Of a stretch of 64,000 nucleotides of DNA, positions 41,378 to 52,402 are shown piece after piece (positions within the stretch are counted from its first letter, which is position 1; every line of letters starts with the position of its first letter). The notes beneath the pieces are model-generated. The model was not told the origin of the DNA, made no database searches, and saw nothing but the letters and a program-made list of their open reading frames with translations. The stretch is from Clostridiales bacterium (lineage in GTDB: Bacteria > Bacillota > Clostridia > Monoglobales > JAIRYP01): positions 6,306 to 70,305 of the forward strand of contig JAIRYP010000002.1 of assembly GCA_031267755.1 (NCBI GenBank). Reading direction: 5' to 3'. The position numbers were made by a program, and so were the translations under genes.

Positions 41378-41872
41378 TCAATTAACCAAACTTTTATCAA
41401 ACAATACAAAATAAACGAACAACAAAGCAGCGCCAAACGTTATAAAAACATCCGCAAAATTAAAAACCGGAAAGTTTATAAAACTAAAATATATAAAGTC
41501 TATTACAAAACCATGTAAAATCCTATCAATTAAATTTCCTAAAGCTCCACCAACCAAAAACAAACAACCAAACTCAAATAACAAATTTTTGGTTTTGCAT
41601 ATCTTCATTAAAAATGAAATAAAAAAAATCGAAAATAACGAAAAAATAATAAAAAAACTCCGCGATTTTTTCATAAGACCAAACGCTGCTCCAAAATTAT
41701 GAACAAGCATCAAACACAAAAAACCGCCTATAATCGGCACAGCACCATTTTCGCATATTTTAGTAAAATAAAGCTTGGTCAAAACATCAAACGCAGCAAG
41801 CAAGAAAACCATACAAAAATACCAAAAATTACGTCTCAACATAGTATGACCAACAAAATTTATAAACTTCAA
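41378..41872 (-). CDS. lspA: lipoprotein signal peptidase II
   Basis: N.GAAFG, GGALGNLIDR and FPVFNFAD motifs. Confidence 0.95.
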   Translation of the reverse strand: MKFINFVGHTMLRRNFWYFCMVFLLAAFDVLTKLYFTKICENGAVPIIGGFLCLMLVHNFGAAFGLMKKSRSFFIIFSLFSIFFISFLMKICKTKNLLFEFGCLFLVGGALGNLIDRILHGFVIDFIYFSFINFPVFNFADVFITFGAALLFVYFVLFDKSLVN

Positions 41873-42316
41873 TTAATTCCAAGGAAACATGCTCCTCTTA
41901 ACTTCATCCTTAAGGTTTCCCAAAACACCTATATTTTGAGGTGTAAACAAAAATATACCACTCGAAACCTTTTGAATATTACCCGACAATGTATAAATAC
42001 TACCGCTTAAAAAATCAATTATCCGTCTTGCAACTTCTTTTTCAACACTTTCCAAATTAACAACAACCGGTCTTTTGCTTAAAAGATGATCTACAACATC
42101 TTTTGCTTCTTCAAACGACTCAAGCCTGGTCACAACAAGCTGAAGCTCCGACGAAATTTTATTCACAGCTTTATTTTTTTTATTTATTAAAGGGTTTTTA
42201 AAGTCGTGATTCAAAAAATTATCATCAAACTTTTCGTTTTCTTCGGGTGCTTCTTCGCTAACATCTTCCTCTGAATCAATACCAACAAAATTCAATACTT
42301 TGCTAACCAAACTCAT
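41873..42316 (-). CDS. sepF: cell division protein SepF
   Basis: VVVNLE...ARRIIDFLSG...IFLFTP. Confidence 0.93.
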   Translation of the reverse strand: MSLVSKVLNFVGIDSEEDVSEEAPEENEKFDDNFLNHDFKNPLINKKNKAVNKISSELQLVVTRLESFEEAKDVVDHLLSKRPVVVNLESVEKEVARRIIDFLSGSIYTLSGNIQKVSSGIFLFTPQNIGVLGNLKDEVKRSMFPWN

Positions 42317-42431
42317 TCAAATTCTCCCTTTTCTCTCAAGCATAATATCATATTCTATTATTTATGTAACGTTCAATTTTAAATATATAAAAAACAAAAC
42401 CGAACAAACAATCATGCTTGTAATAAACTTT

Positions 42432-43826
42432 TTAACTTCTGTCAAGAACAATTTCGTCGTACAATTTAAGCCCATTTAAGCTTGTTTTCTCTTCAACAAC
42501 AAAATAATTTTCATCCTCGCTTAAAATATCTATTGTTCTAAATTTTAAAGTTTTATTTTGTTTCACCAAAACTCCCATTCTTCCGTTTTCCCAAACCACA
42601 CTTTTTTTCGGAACCTTAAGGCCTTCCACATTTCCAATTATAACGTCAACAGTTGCTCTCGATATATTATACATAAAATCAGTTAAAAACAAAGATGAAA
42701 TTACAATAGCACATTTTTTATCTTCTGCACCAGAAATTTTTAAAATCTTTCCTAAAACGGGCTCACAACTCACATCGTGAACCTGTATTTTAACAACGTC
42801 TCCTTCGCTTAATAAGCTTAAATTTTCTAAATCAACATTCGCAACAAACTTCCACTCACAGTTATCAATAACCTTACAAATCGGTATTCCGTGCGTTGAT
42901 GATTGAAATTTATTCGTAGCAAACTCATCTTTATGTATGAAATTATCTTCTAAACGAGATACAAAAACTGGAGTTATTTGACTTAAATCAACATTTGATA
43001 AAATTTTTTCATCTTCATCAATAAACTTTGTAAATATTCCGCTTGCTGGAGCAAGCATCTTTTTGGCCTGTTCTGCGCCGCACTTTGAAACCGCATCTTT
43101 ATTTTGATTGTTATCGTTTAAATCAATTAAATCGGAACCAAATTCGACGTTACGATAAATATATTTATAAATATTCTCTTTTGTTTGTAAAATTTGAGAC
43201 ACATCTTTTTTATAAATCGAACCAATTAATTTAAATATCTCGTTCGAAACGTCTTGCTGATAGTTCGTTTTCGTTTGTGCTTTAGATCTCGCTTCACAAA
43301 ATTTCAACACTTCAAAATTTCGATTTATCCCTGCACAACAGCCATCAGTTTTTTTTTCTATATTCGTTTTTTCTCTCCAATTGTTCATTTTGTTGTAAGA
43401 AAAATCGAATTTTTCTGCACTTTCTTTTGCATTTCTTCTCCAATTATACTTCCTGTTTTTTGAACGATCCATTTTCTTATCACAAGCCCTATATTTTACC
43501 GTTTCAATACATGAGGCAATGCACTTGTTTTTGCAAATCCTCTCCCCTTCATTAACTAAAAAAAACACACCGTCATTTAAATTATTCATCAAATACTGGT
43601 TTTTTAATACAAAACCACGTGCAGTAAATTTTTTCTCAATAAAACCATTCTCAACTATATAAGTTAGCGATGAAATAATTTTGCTACGAACAAAAATCGC
43701 TAAAAAACAAAAAACAATAAAAAAACACCCAAACCTTATAGCTTTAAACATTTTTAAAACACCGCGATACCTATTTTCCCTGCACTCAACTTTAAAAATT
43801 AATTTTTTTCTCATGTATATAGCCAA
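42432..43826 (-). CDS. HlyD-like membrane fusion/adaptor protein conserved between miaA and sepF in Clostridia
   Basis: N-terminal TM; EGER, APASG, GLKVP and LKLYDEI motifs; synteny. Start uncertain. Confidence 0.75.
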   Translation of the reverse strand: MAIYMRKKLIFKVECRENRYRGVLKMFKAIRFGCFFIVFCFLAIFVRSKIISSLTYIVENGFIEKKFTARGFVLKNQYLMNNLNDGVFFLVNEGERICKNKCIASCIETVKYRACDKKMDRSKNRKYNWRRNAKESAEKFDFSYNKMNNWREKTNIEKKTDGCCAGINRNFEVLKFCEARSKAQTKTNYQQDVSNEIFKLIGSIYKKDVSQILQTKENIYKYIYRNVEFGSDLIDLNDNNQNKDAVSKCGAEQAKKMLAPASGIFTKFIDEDEKILSNVDLSQITPVFVSRLEDNFIHKDEFATNKFQSSTHGIPICKVIDNCEWKFVANVDLENLSLLSEGDVVKIQVHDVSCEPVLGKILKISGAEDKKCAIVISSLFLTDFMYNISRATVDVIIGNVEGLKVPKKSVVWENGRMGVLVKQNKTLKFRTIDILSEDENYFVVEEKTSLNGLKLYDEIVLDRS

Positions 43827-43861
43827 CTCTTTCTCAAAATCATGTAATGATTTTTAGGTAG

Positions 43862-44800
43862 TTAAAACAAATTTTTTATCTGCAAAAATATATCCTCTGC
43901 AACTTTTTTTACATCATAACAATTCTGCAACGTTATCCATCTTATATCATTATTTTTTCTAAACCAAGTAAGCTGTCTCTTTGCATAGTTTTTGCTTTTT
44001 TGTTTTATCAACATTATAGTTTCGGCAAGTCTTTTTTCATCTTCGCCATCCTCGAGATAATTCATTATTTCTTTATAACCAATTGCTTGAATCGATGTAT
44101 TAAACTTATTTACTCCCATATTTAAAAGCTCCTTGACCTCTTCAACAAAACCTCTTCTAAACATTTCATCAACCCTATTTTCAATTGCTAAATATAATTT
44201 TTCTCGTGAAACCGACAATCCAAAAGTAAGCGAATCATATATTAACGTCTTTTGCGCGCTTTTTTGTTGTGTAATGGTCTTACCGGTTAAATGATAAAAC
44301 TCAAGTGCCCTAACAACTCTTTTTAAATTATTAGGATGCAAATTTTTAAAAGAACAAAAATCAATATTTTCAAGAATTGAATAAACAAAATTATTTCCTC
44401 TGGTTTTGGCAAGTTTAAACAATTTTTCTCTATATTTCAAATCTGCTTCACACTCAACAAAATCAATATCCTTCGTAATGGCATCAAAATAAAGACCAGC
44501 ACCACCAACAAGCAACGGCACTTTTTTTCTACTTATAATATTCTCAATGCAAATTTTTGCCTGTTTCGCAAACAAAGCAACACTATAATTTTTATTCGGA
44601 TCAACTATATCGATCATAAAATGAGGAATGTTTCCCATCTCTTCTTTAGACGGCTTTGCTGTCCCAACGTTCATGTGTCTATAAACCTGCATAGAATCAC
44701 ACGAAACAATCTCACCTTTAATTTTTTTTGCAAGCATAATTGCGATTTTTGTCTTCCCTAAAGCTGTTGGTCCAACAATTGAAATTATTCTATTTGCCAA
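43862..44800 (-). CDS. miaA: tRNA dimethylallyltransferase
   Basis: GPTALGKT, DSMQVY, QAIGYKE and YAKRQLTWF motifs. Confidence 0.96.
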   Translation of the reverse strand: MANRIISIVGPTALGKTKIAIMLAKKIKGEIVSCDSMQVYRHMNVGTAKPSKEEMGNIPHFMIDIVDPNKNYSVALFAKQAKICIENIISRKKVPLLVGGAGLYFDAITKDIDFVECEADLKYREKLFKLAKTRGNNFVYSILENIDFCSFKNLHPNNLKRVVRALEFYHLTGKTITQQKSAQKTLIYDSLTFGLSVSREKLYLAIENRVDEMFRRGFVEEVKELLNMGVNKFNTSIQAIGYKEIMNYLEDGEDEKRLAETIMLIKQKSKNYAKRQLTWFRKNNDIRWITLQNCYDVKKVAEDIFLQIKNLF

Positions 44801-44851
44801 ATTTTACCTCACAATCAAAAAATTTTCTTAAAAATAAAAATTTTTAAACAC

Positions 44852-44879
44852 TTGACAATTAAAAAAATTATGTTAAACT
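44852..44879 (+). promoter_or_regulatory. sigma-A-like promoter of the 44954 orphan
   Basis: TTGACA-N16-TAAACT with TGn extended -10. Confidence 0.55.
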
Positions 44880-44953
44880 AATCTAGCAAATGAATAAAAA
44901 CAATAATTTGATTTTATTTTAAATATTTAAAAAATCTTAAGAGGTGAAGAATT

Positions 44954-45820
44954 TTGAATAAACAAGAAAATATTATAACTATTCAAAAAAAAGAAAAAGA
45001 AAACAAGGTAATTAAATTTAACAATATTCAAAATACTAATCAAGAGCCTGTTCAACAACATGTTCGTGCTCAACAAAGCGTTCAACATCAATTACCCGAC
45101 CTTAACAAAGAAAAACCAGTCTCTACCGCGACGACAATATTTGCAATTATAGGTTTATCTCTAATTGGAGTGGGTGGGACAGGTTTTTGCGTATTTTGTA
45201 TAATGTCTGGCGGAGGAATTCCCGTAGGGATTGCGTGTTACTTAGGAATTCTCTTAGTATCTGCATGTATAGGTCAAATTTGCCACCTTGTTATCAGACA
45301 AGTAAATTATAATAAAGCGTTCCACATTCAAGCTCGCGAAAACTCTTTACAAACAATTAGTGAAAAAACTCCATCAAATTCCTTACAAGATTTAAATGAA
45401 CGCGAAAGCTCTCAGAGAGCCAACGAAGGAACGCCTAACGAAACACGCGAGATCGATAAAGACAGATGTCGAGCTTCATCGAAAATGAATCCCAAACCTA
45501 AAATTGAAAAAGAAACCGAAGAGTCTAGTCCAAACCCTTTGAAAAAATCAGCAGAGTCGCAAACAGAAGATAGTGATGAGATTAATCCTTCGAAAGGAAC
45601 TCAAACTCAAGAATTTAGTAGAAGCCCAGAACGTGAATCAGCAGAGTCGCAAACAGAAGATAGTGATGAAACTAATCATTCGAAAAGAACTCAAACTCAA
45701 GGGTTTCGCAAAAGCCCAGAACGCAAATCAACAGAATCACAAACCGAGGAAGATAGCGGAATTAGATCTCAAAAATCTTCTCAGAAAAAAACTCATACAA
45801 GTTCTATGGGGGACCGATAA
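44954..45820 (+). CDS. orphan protein with hydrophobic hairpin and Ser/Glu-rich repeat tail
   Basis: GAGGTGA SD with TTG start; ~55-aa bilobed hydrophobic block; 30-aa repeats. Confidence 0.78.
   Translation: MNKQENIITIQKKEKENKVIKFNNIQNTNQEPVQQHVRAQQSVQHQLPDLNKEKPVSTATTIFAIIGLSLIGVGGTGFCVFCIMSGGGIPVGIACYLGILLVSACIGQICHLVIRQVNYNKAFHIQARENSLQTISEKTPSNSLQDLNERESSQRANEGTPNETREIDKDRCRASSKMNPKPKIEKETEESSPNPLKKSAESQTEDSDEINPSKGTQTQEFSRSPERESAESQTEDSDETNHSKRTQTQGFRKSPERKSTESQTEEDSGIRSQKSSQKKTHTSSMGDR
45548..45760 (+). repeat. 90-bp in-frame tandem repeat (about 2.3 copies)
   Basis: tcagcagagtcgcaaacagaagatagtgatga at 45548 and 45638; degenerate third copy at 45728. Confidence 0.92.
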
Positions 45821-46497
45821 AACCTTAAAAACATAATATAAAAATTATGAATATTCACAAAACAACATTAACAATATAAAAACAAGAAAAAGTTAAATTA
45901 AAAACCTAAATATACTAGTTTAACATGCGCCGACTCATTACATAAACTTAATTTTAACAAACAAAACAAAGCCCTAACTTAATAAATAACGGCACCCCCA
46001 AATCTTCAAAAGATACAACCCAAAAGATTTCGCTCAAAAATACATAACTTAAATAAATGCACAAAAAACCAAACATCGCCTTAAAAGAATTAACAAAAGA
46101 TTCCTAAGCGAAAATTTGTATAAATTTATCACACAAATAAATTAAATTAAAAAACTTATCAAAAATAAAAATTTACATTAAAAATTAGAAATTCAAATAA
46201 CAAAAATTTTTAAAAATTAATTTACTATATTTTGTAATTTAAAAACATTAAAAAATAATTTTTGATATAAAAACTTTATAAATAAAATACTTATAATAAA
46301 ATTTTGTTTTTTATAAAAAATTAAAAATATGTGAAAATAAAATTATACAATCACAAACCAAAAAATTTATTTGCACATTTTTTAAAGATAGGTTACACAT
46401 TTTAATTTTTTAAACAAATTAACATTTTGGTTATTAAAACATTTCTTGATATCTTGAATTAATTTCCAATCGTCTTTTTTGTTCTTTGAAAAAAATT

Positions 46498-48120
<1,623 letters not shown>

Positions 48121-48186
48121 TTATGAACAAATTTTTCAAACAAACAACATCAAGTTTATCAAAAAAAAACATATTGACAAGCAAAA

Positions 48187-49077
48187 TTATGTTTTTGTTT
48201 TAGAATCCGAACTCTTGTCGTGTGGTTTTGGTTTTTTATCGCCAAAATCTTTTTTTAAAGATTCTTGAGCGTTATTGTCGTGGGCATTATAGTGCACTGG
48301 TTCTGGTTCTGAAGTGCTGCATTGCTGTTTAATAACATTTATAGCATCCATAACGATAGATTCTTTGTTTTCTGGTTTTTCTTCCTCGTCCGTTACAGCT
48401 TCATCCGGTCGCTCACTAATTTCTAAATTTCCAAGACCGGCATTTGCTTCTTCAGACTCAGAAACTCGCTCGCCTTTGAGTTCGCCATCGACCTCATTAC
48501 TAATCTCGCTTTCGTGCCCCTCTTCTTTTACATCATCTATATCGCTTGTTCCAAATTCATCATCTCTTTCGTTCTCGCTTTCGATTTTATTTTCAGAATC
48601 CGTTTTGTATTCGTTCTCAAATTTACCTTCAAGCTCGATTTCGTGTCTTTTCTCAAGGTCAGAATCATCTAAGCCTTGTGTTTCAATTGCTTTGTTGTTT
48701 TCGCTTTGGTTCGTCATTTTCTTCTCCGCAGTAAAATGCATTATTCCGTAAACCAAAGCCGCCAAAAGCGATATTCCAATAGCTAGTCCCGAGATTAAAG
48801 CAACACTAACCAATGCGATAGAAAGAATAACAAGAGCCCCAGAAAAAGCACAGAACGGTAATAAAATAAACATAACAAAATATGAACTTACACACGCCAA
48901 CGAAAAAGCACCAGCAAATTTCAAGCTTCTAATGGCGCCCTCTTTGTAAGGCTCCTTGCCTTTTATCGGTCTTTTCTCTTTGCTTTTTTCGACCCCTTTA
49001 TCCTCTGCTTCTTCTTTGGGACCATCTTTTTTATCCTTTTCTTCTTCCTCTTCGTTTATTGTTTCTTTATCCGGCAT
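48187..49077 (-). CDS. orphan acidic protein with hydrophobic hairpin
   Basis: AGGAGGGTGA SD with ATG 49077; charged N-terminus, ~60-aa hydrophobic block, acidic tail. Confidence 0.8.
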   Translation of the reverse strand: MPDKETINEEEEEKDKKDGPKEEAEDKGVEKSKEKRPIKGKEPYKEGAIRSLKFAGAFSLACVSSYFVMFILLPFCAFSGALVILSIALVSVALISGLAIGISLLAALVYGIMHFTAEKKMTNQSENNKAIETQGLDDSDLEKRHEIELEGKFENEYKTDSENKIESENERDDEFGTSDIDDVKEEGHESEISNEVDGELKGERVSESEEANAGLGNLEISERPDEAVTDEEEKPENKESIVMDAINVIKQQCSTSEPEPVHYNAHDNNAQESLKKDFGDKKPKPHDKSSDSKTKT

Positions 49078-49167
49078 TCCATTCACCCTCCTTTAAAACA
49101 CAAATCCCAAATAGATCATAATACAATGGTTGTGTTTGTTTATCAAAACATCGGTTTAATAAATCGT

Positions 49168-49965
49168 TTACTTTTCCGGGCCCGCCCCTTTTTGACGTTC
49201 ATCACTAGCTTTTTCTCTGCTTCTAAACTTGGTGGTAAGCTCTCTCGTTGCCGTATCATAATGATCAAAACTTTCCTCAGTAACTTCTGCCGCAGAGTGT
49301 TCTGCTTTGGCGCCTTCTACTATTTTTCGAACTTTGTCTTCCTCGGCTTCGGGTATTTGAGGTTTAGCTTCTTCGGGTTGAGGTTCAGAATCCAAAACCC
49401 CTTCCACTTCTTCAGCTCTTTCAAGCGATTCTTGAGTTTCGTGTTCTTCGGGTTGAGGTTCAAAAGGCATCTCCACACTCAAATCGTCAGAGGCTTCTTC
49501 TCTTCCCAAATCGTGCTCGTTTTCGTTTTCCATGTCATTTTCGTTTTCGTTTTCATTCTCCATTTCATCTGTTCTTTCTTCGTCATCCATGCCCTTGGTG
49601 TCCGCGCTTTGATTCTCTTGAGGGGGATGATCACGTCTATATCTTTTAACGCCATACGTTATCCCAAAGCCCAAAGCTGTAACGGCCGCTACCCCTGTTC
49701 CTAAAAACGCAATTGCCGTAAAAGCCGCCAGAAATGGAGCCACGGAAACTGCCAAAAGACCCAGCACAAACACGGCCGCAAAAAAACCTCCAGTAACCTT
49801 TAGGGCCGTAAGGACCCTTTCTTTCCAGCCTTCGATTTCTTTATTATTCTCCTCATCTTTCGTTGCTTTTTTTTCGTTCTCTATTCTTTCTGCTTCGGCC
49901 TTTTTTTTGGCTTCTTCTTCGCTTTCAGTCTTTGCTTCTTCGGGATTAGATCCATCCGCTGCCAT
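49168..49965 (-). CDS. orphan acidic protein with hydrophobic hairpin (paralog of 48187)
   Basis: GGAGGT SD with ATG 49965; same architecture; EN dipeptide repeats and EPQPEE twice. Confidence 0.8.
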   Translation of the reverse strand: MAADGSNPEEAKTESEEEAKKKAEAERIENEKKATKDEENNKEIEGWKERVLTALKVTGGFFAAVFVLGLLAVSVAPFLAAFTAIAFLGTGVAAVTALGFGITYGVKRYRRDHPPQENQSADTKGMDDEERTDEMENENENENDMENENEHDLGREEASDDLSVEMPFEPQPEEHETQESLERAEEVEGVLDSEPQPEEAKPQIPEAEEDKVRKIVEGAKAEHSAAEVTEESFDHYDTATRELTTKFRSREKASDERQKGAGPEK

Positions 49966-50207
49966 ATTTATTACCTCCAATCAAAAATCAACTTGATTTA
50001 AAATTTCTTAGTTTCAATAAACAAATTAGCACATATAAATATATTAAATCAACACACTTGATAAAAAAACGTCGTTTTTGTGTATAATTAATTATAATAT
50101 ATAATAATAAATAAATTTTGTAAACTTATATAATTGAGATTGTACAATAAACAAAAAACCAAATTATAAAAAATTTCGCAACGTTAATGTCGAGGAGATG
50201 AATAAAC

Positions 50208-50624
50208 ATAATATTTTATAGTAAAGGTCTTAAAGACACAATTAAAATAGCGAAAAATTTGGCAAAAAATCTAAAAAAAAATAATGTTCTGGCATTAAAC
50301 GGTGAATTGGGAACAGGAAAAACACAGTTTGTGACAGGAATTGTTAAAAAAATTAGTCCCAAAACAATTGTTTCAAGCCCAACGTTTGTTCTTTTAAATG
50401 AATACAAAGGCGAAATTCCAATTTATCACTTTGACGTTTATCGCACAGAAGCTTGTGATTTTCATTTTCAAGAATTAATAAAGGAGTATTTCTCAAATAA
50501 TGGAATTTGTATAATTGAATGGGCAAATAAAATTACAAAAATTCTTCCAAGCAACTGCATTAAAATAGAAATCAAAAAAAATTTATCTAAGGGAGATAGT
50601 TTTAGGGAGATAACAATATGTTAG
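50208..50624 (+). CDS. tsaE: tRNA threonylcarbamoyladenosine biosynthesis ATPase
   Basis: GELGTGKT, SSPTF, HFDVYR and IEWA motifs. The frame is open back to 50202, with only ATA/ATT candidate starts after the GAGGAG SD. Confidence 0.92.
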   Translation: MIFYSKGLKDTIKIAKNLAKNLKKNNVLALNGELGTGKTQFVTGIVKKISPKTIVSSPTFVLLNEYKGEIPIYHFDVYRTEACDFHFQELIKEYFSNNGICIIEWANKITKILPSNCIKIEIKKNLSKGDSFREITIC

Positions 50625-51298
50625 TTTTAGGATTAGATACATGCTGTGAAACGTGTTCGGTTGCAATAGCAAACGATAAAAATCTTTTAATTCAAACAAG
50701 CACAAACAAACACAAAAAAAGAAGCTCTGAGATTATTATAAAACAAATAAAAAATATTTTAAATTTCTCGAATATAAAGGTTTCCGAAATAGATTTTTTT
50801 GCAACAACCGTGGGCCCAGGATCGTTTACAGGAACAAGAATAGGGATTTCAATAATTAAAGCTTTGTCACAATCACTAGAAAAAAAATGTATACCAATTT
50901 CAACCCTTGAATGTTTGGCTAACAATATAACTTGGGAAAATTTTTTAATTTGCCCAACAATTGACGCAAAAAACGATTATGTTTATTCGTGTTTTTTTAA
51001 AAGAAAAAATAAAACGTTAGTAAAATTAGAAGAAGAAAACATTATTTCGTTAAGCGCATTAACAAAAAAAATTAATAATTACGAAAATAAGATAATTTTT
51101 ATAAGCGATGAAGCGCTTATTTATGAAAAATTAACAAACCTAAAAATATCAAACGCAATAATGGCCCCATTTCTTATAAATTCAGGGCTTGCATCATCTG
51201 TTGTACAATTGTCGTTAGATAAAATAACCAACAATAAAACTATAAATTATAACGAAATTTTGCCTTTATACATAAAAAATTGTTATTACGAAAACTAA
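50618..51298 (+). CDS. tsaB: tRNA threonylcarbamoyladenosine biosynthesis protein
   Basis: LGLDT, GPGSFTGTRIG and IDA motifs. Confidence 0.93.
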   Translation: MLVLGLDTCCETCSVAIANDKNLLIQTSTNKHKKRSSEIIIKQIKNILNFSNIKVSEIDFFATTVGPGSFTGTRIGISIIKALSQSLEKKCIPISTLECLANNITWENFLICPTIDAKNDYVYSCFFKRKNKTLVKLEEENIISLSALTKKINNYENKIIFISDEALIYEKLTNLKISNAIMAPFLINSGLASSVVQLSLDKITNNKTINYNEILPLYIKNCYYEN

Positions 51299-51340
51299 AT
51301 TTCATTAAGTTATACGAATTTTTCATCAAAGGAGAGAAAA

Positions 51341-51805
51341 ATGATAGCTGTCGGCAGTGATCACGGAGGAATTAAATTAAAAAAAGAAATTATAAAACAC
51401 TTAGATTTAAAAAATATCTTTTTTAAAGATTACGGAACCCACGAAAAAAAATCAGTAGATTATCCAGATATTGCAGAAAAAGTTTGTGCAGAACTAACAA
51501 AAAGTGATTGCAACTTTGGAATTCTAATATGTAAAACAGGGATAGGAATGTGCATGGCAGCCAACAAATATAAAAACATTAGAGCCGTAAGGGTTACGTG
51601 CCTTTTTGATGCCAAAATTTCTCGTAAACATAACAACGCAAACATAATTTGCTTAGGCGAAAAAACAATTTCACAAAATACAGCAATCGATGTCATAAAA
51701 ACATTTATTGAAACTGATTTCGACAATGGAAGACACCTAAAAAGAATAACAAAAATAGAAAAAAATGCAGAAAAATTCCAGAACCAAAAAAGTGACGATT
51801 TTTGA
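51341..51805 (+). CDS. rpiB: ribose-5-phosphate isomerase B
   Basis: GSDHGG, VDYPD, ICKTGIG, HNNAN and GRH motifs. Confidence 0.94.
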   Translation: MIAVGSDHGGIKLKKEIIKHLDLKNIFFKDYGTHEKKSVDYPDIAEKVCAELTKSDCNFGILICKTGIGMCMAANKYKNIRAVRVTCLFDAKISRKHNNANIICLGEKTISQNTAIDVIKTFIETDFDNGRHLKRITKIEKNAEKFQNQKSDDF

Positions 51806-51806
51806 G

Positions 51807-51960
51807 TTATCCACAATTTATCCACAGGTTATCCACATTATCAACACGAGCTACGTCTTAGATTATAGCGCGTTTACATGACTTTTCCACATTATCCACA
51901 GGCCCTACTACTACTATAAAGATCTTACACATTAACTCTAGTATATATATATTATATACT
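51807..51960. other. chromosomal replication origin (oriC)
   Basis: TTATCCACA at 51807, 51818, 51829 and 51892; TTATCAACA at 51838; TTTTCCACA at 51883. These are followed by GGCCC, TACTACTACTA (DnaA-trios) and an AT-rich tract. Confidence 0.9.
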
Positions 51961-52402
51961 ATTGTCGTCATTTTGTAATGTGTAATAGTCTATAAAATTA
52001 ATTTTTATTGTTGATTTATTATATTTACCATATCTATTTATCACAGCGATATCTGTCAGTGCGTTTTGTACACTTATTATCATTCGCTTTTTGAACGGGT
52101 GAATAAAATATTCATTTGTTATTTTTTATTTTTGTTATATTATTAACATTGTCATATTTCTGCTGTATCATTGATGTCGTTATACCTCCTGTGCTGTCTT
52201 AGTACCTTTTCTTGGTCGCAGACTCACAACGCAGTTTTATTAAAAGTGTTCGTTAACATAAAAATTAAAAATTTTTTTATTTTAGGTATTGCATTATTTT
52301 TTTCTTACGTTATAATTACCACTGCATTCGCTTCACGTGTGTGTTTTGAATTTTAAAACAAGCGGTTATTAGTAAATTGTTGCCCCCAGCGTTTGAGGTG
52401 TT

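Noticed and set aside
45954-46076. Minus-strand 40-aa hydrophobic ORF ending CFVC (CaaX-like)
   Set aside because: No properly spaced SD. The G/T-skewed spacer yields Phe/Cys/Val-rich ORFs by chance.
49126-49704. 192-aa + strand ORF
   Set aside because: Antisense shadow of the Glu-rich gene 49168-49965; no SD and Phe-rich composition.
51807-51900. Short direct repeats as a CRISPR array or iterons
   Set aside because: They are 9-mer DnaA boxes with 0-2 nt gaps; no spacers, cas or rep genes.
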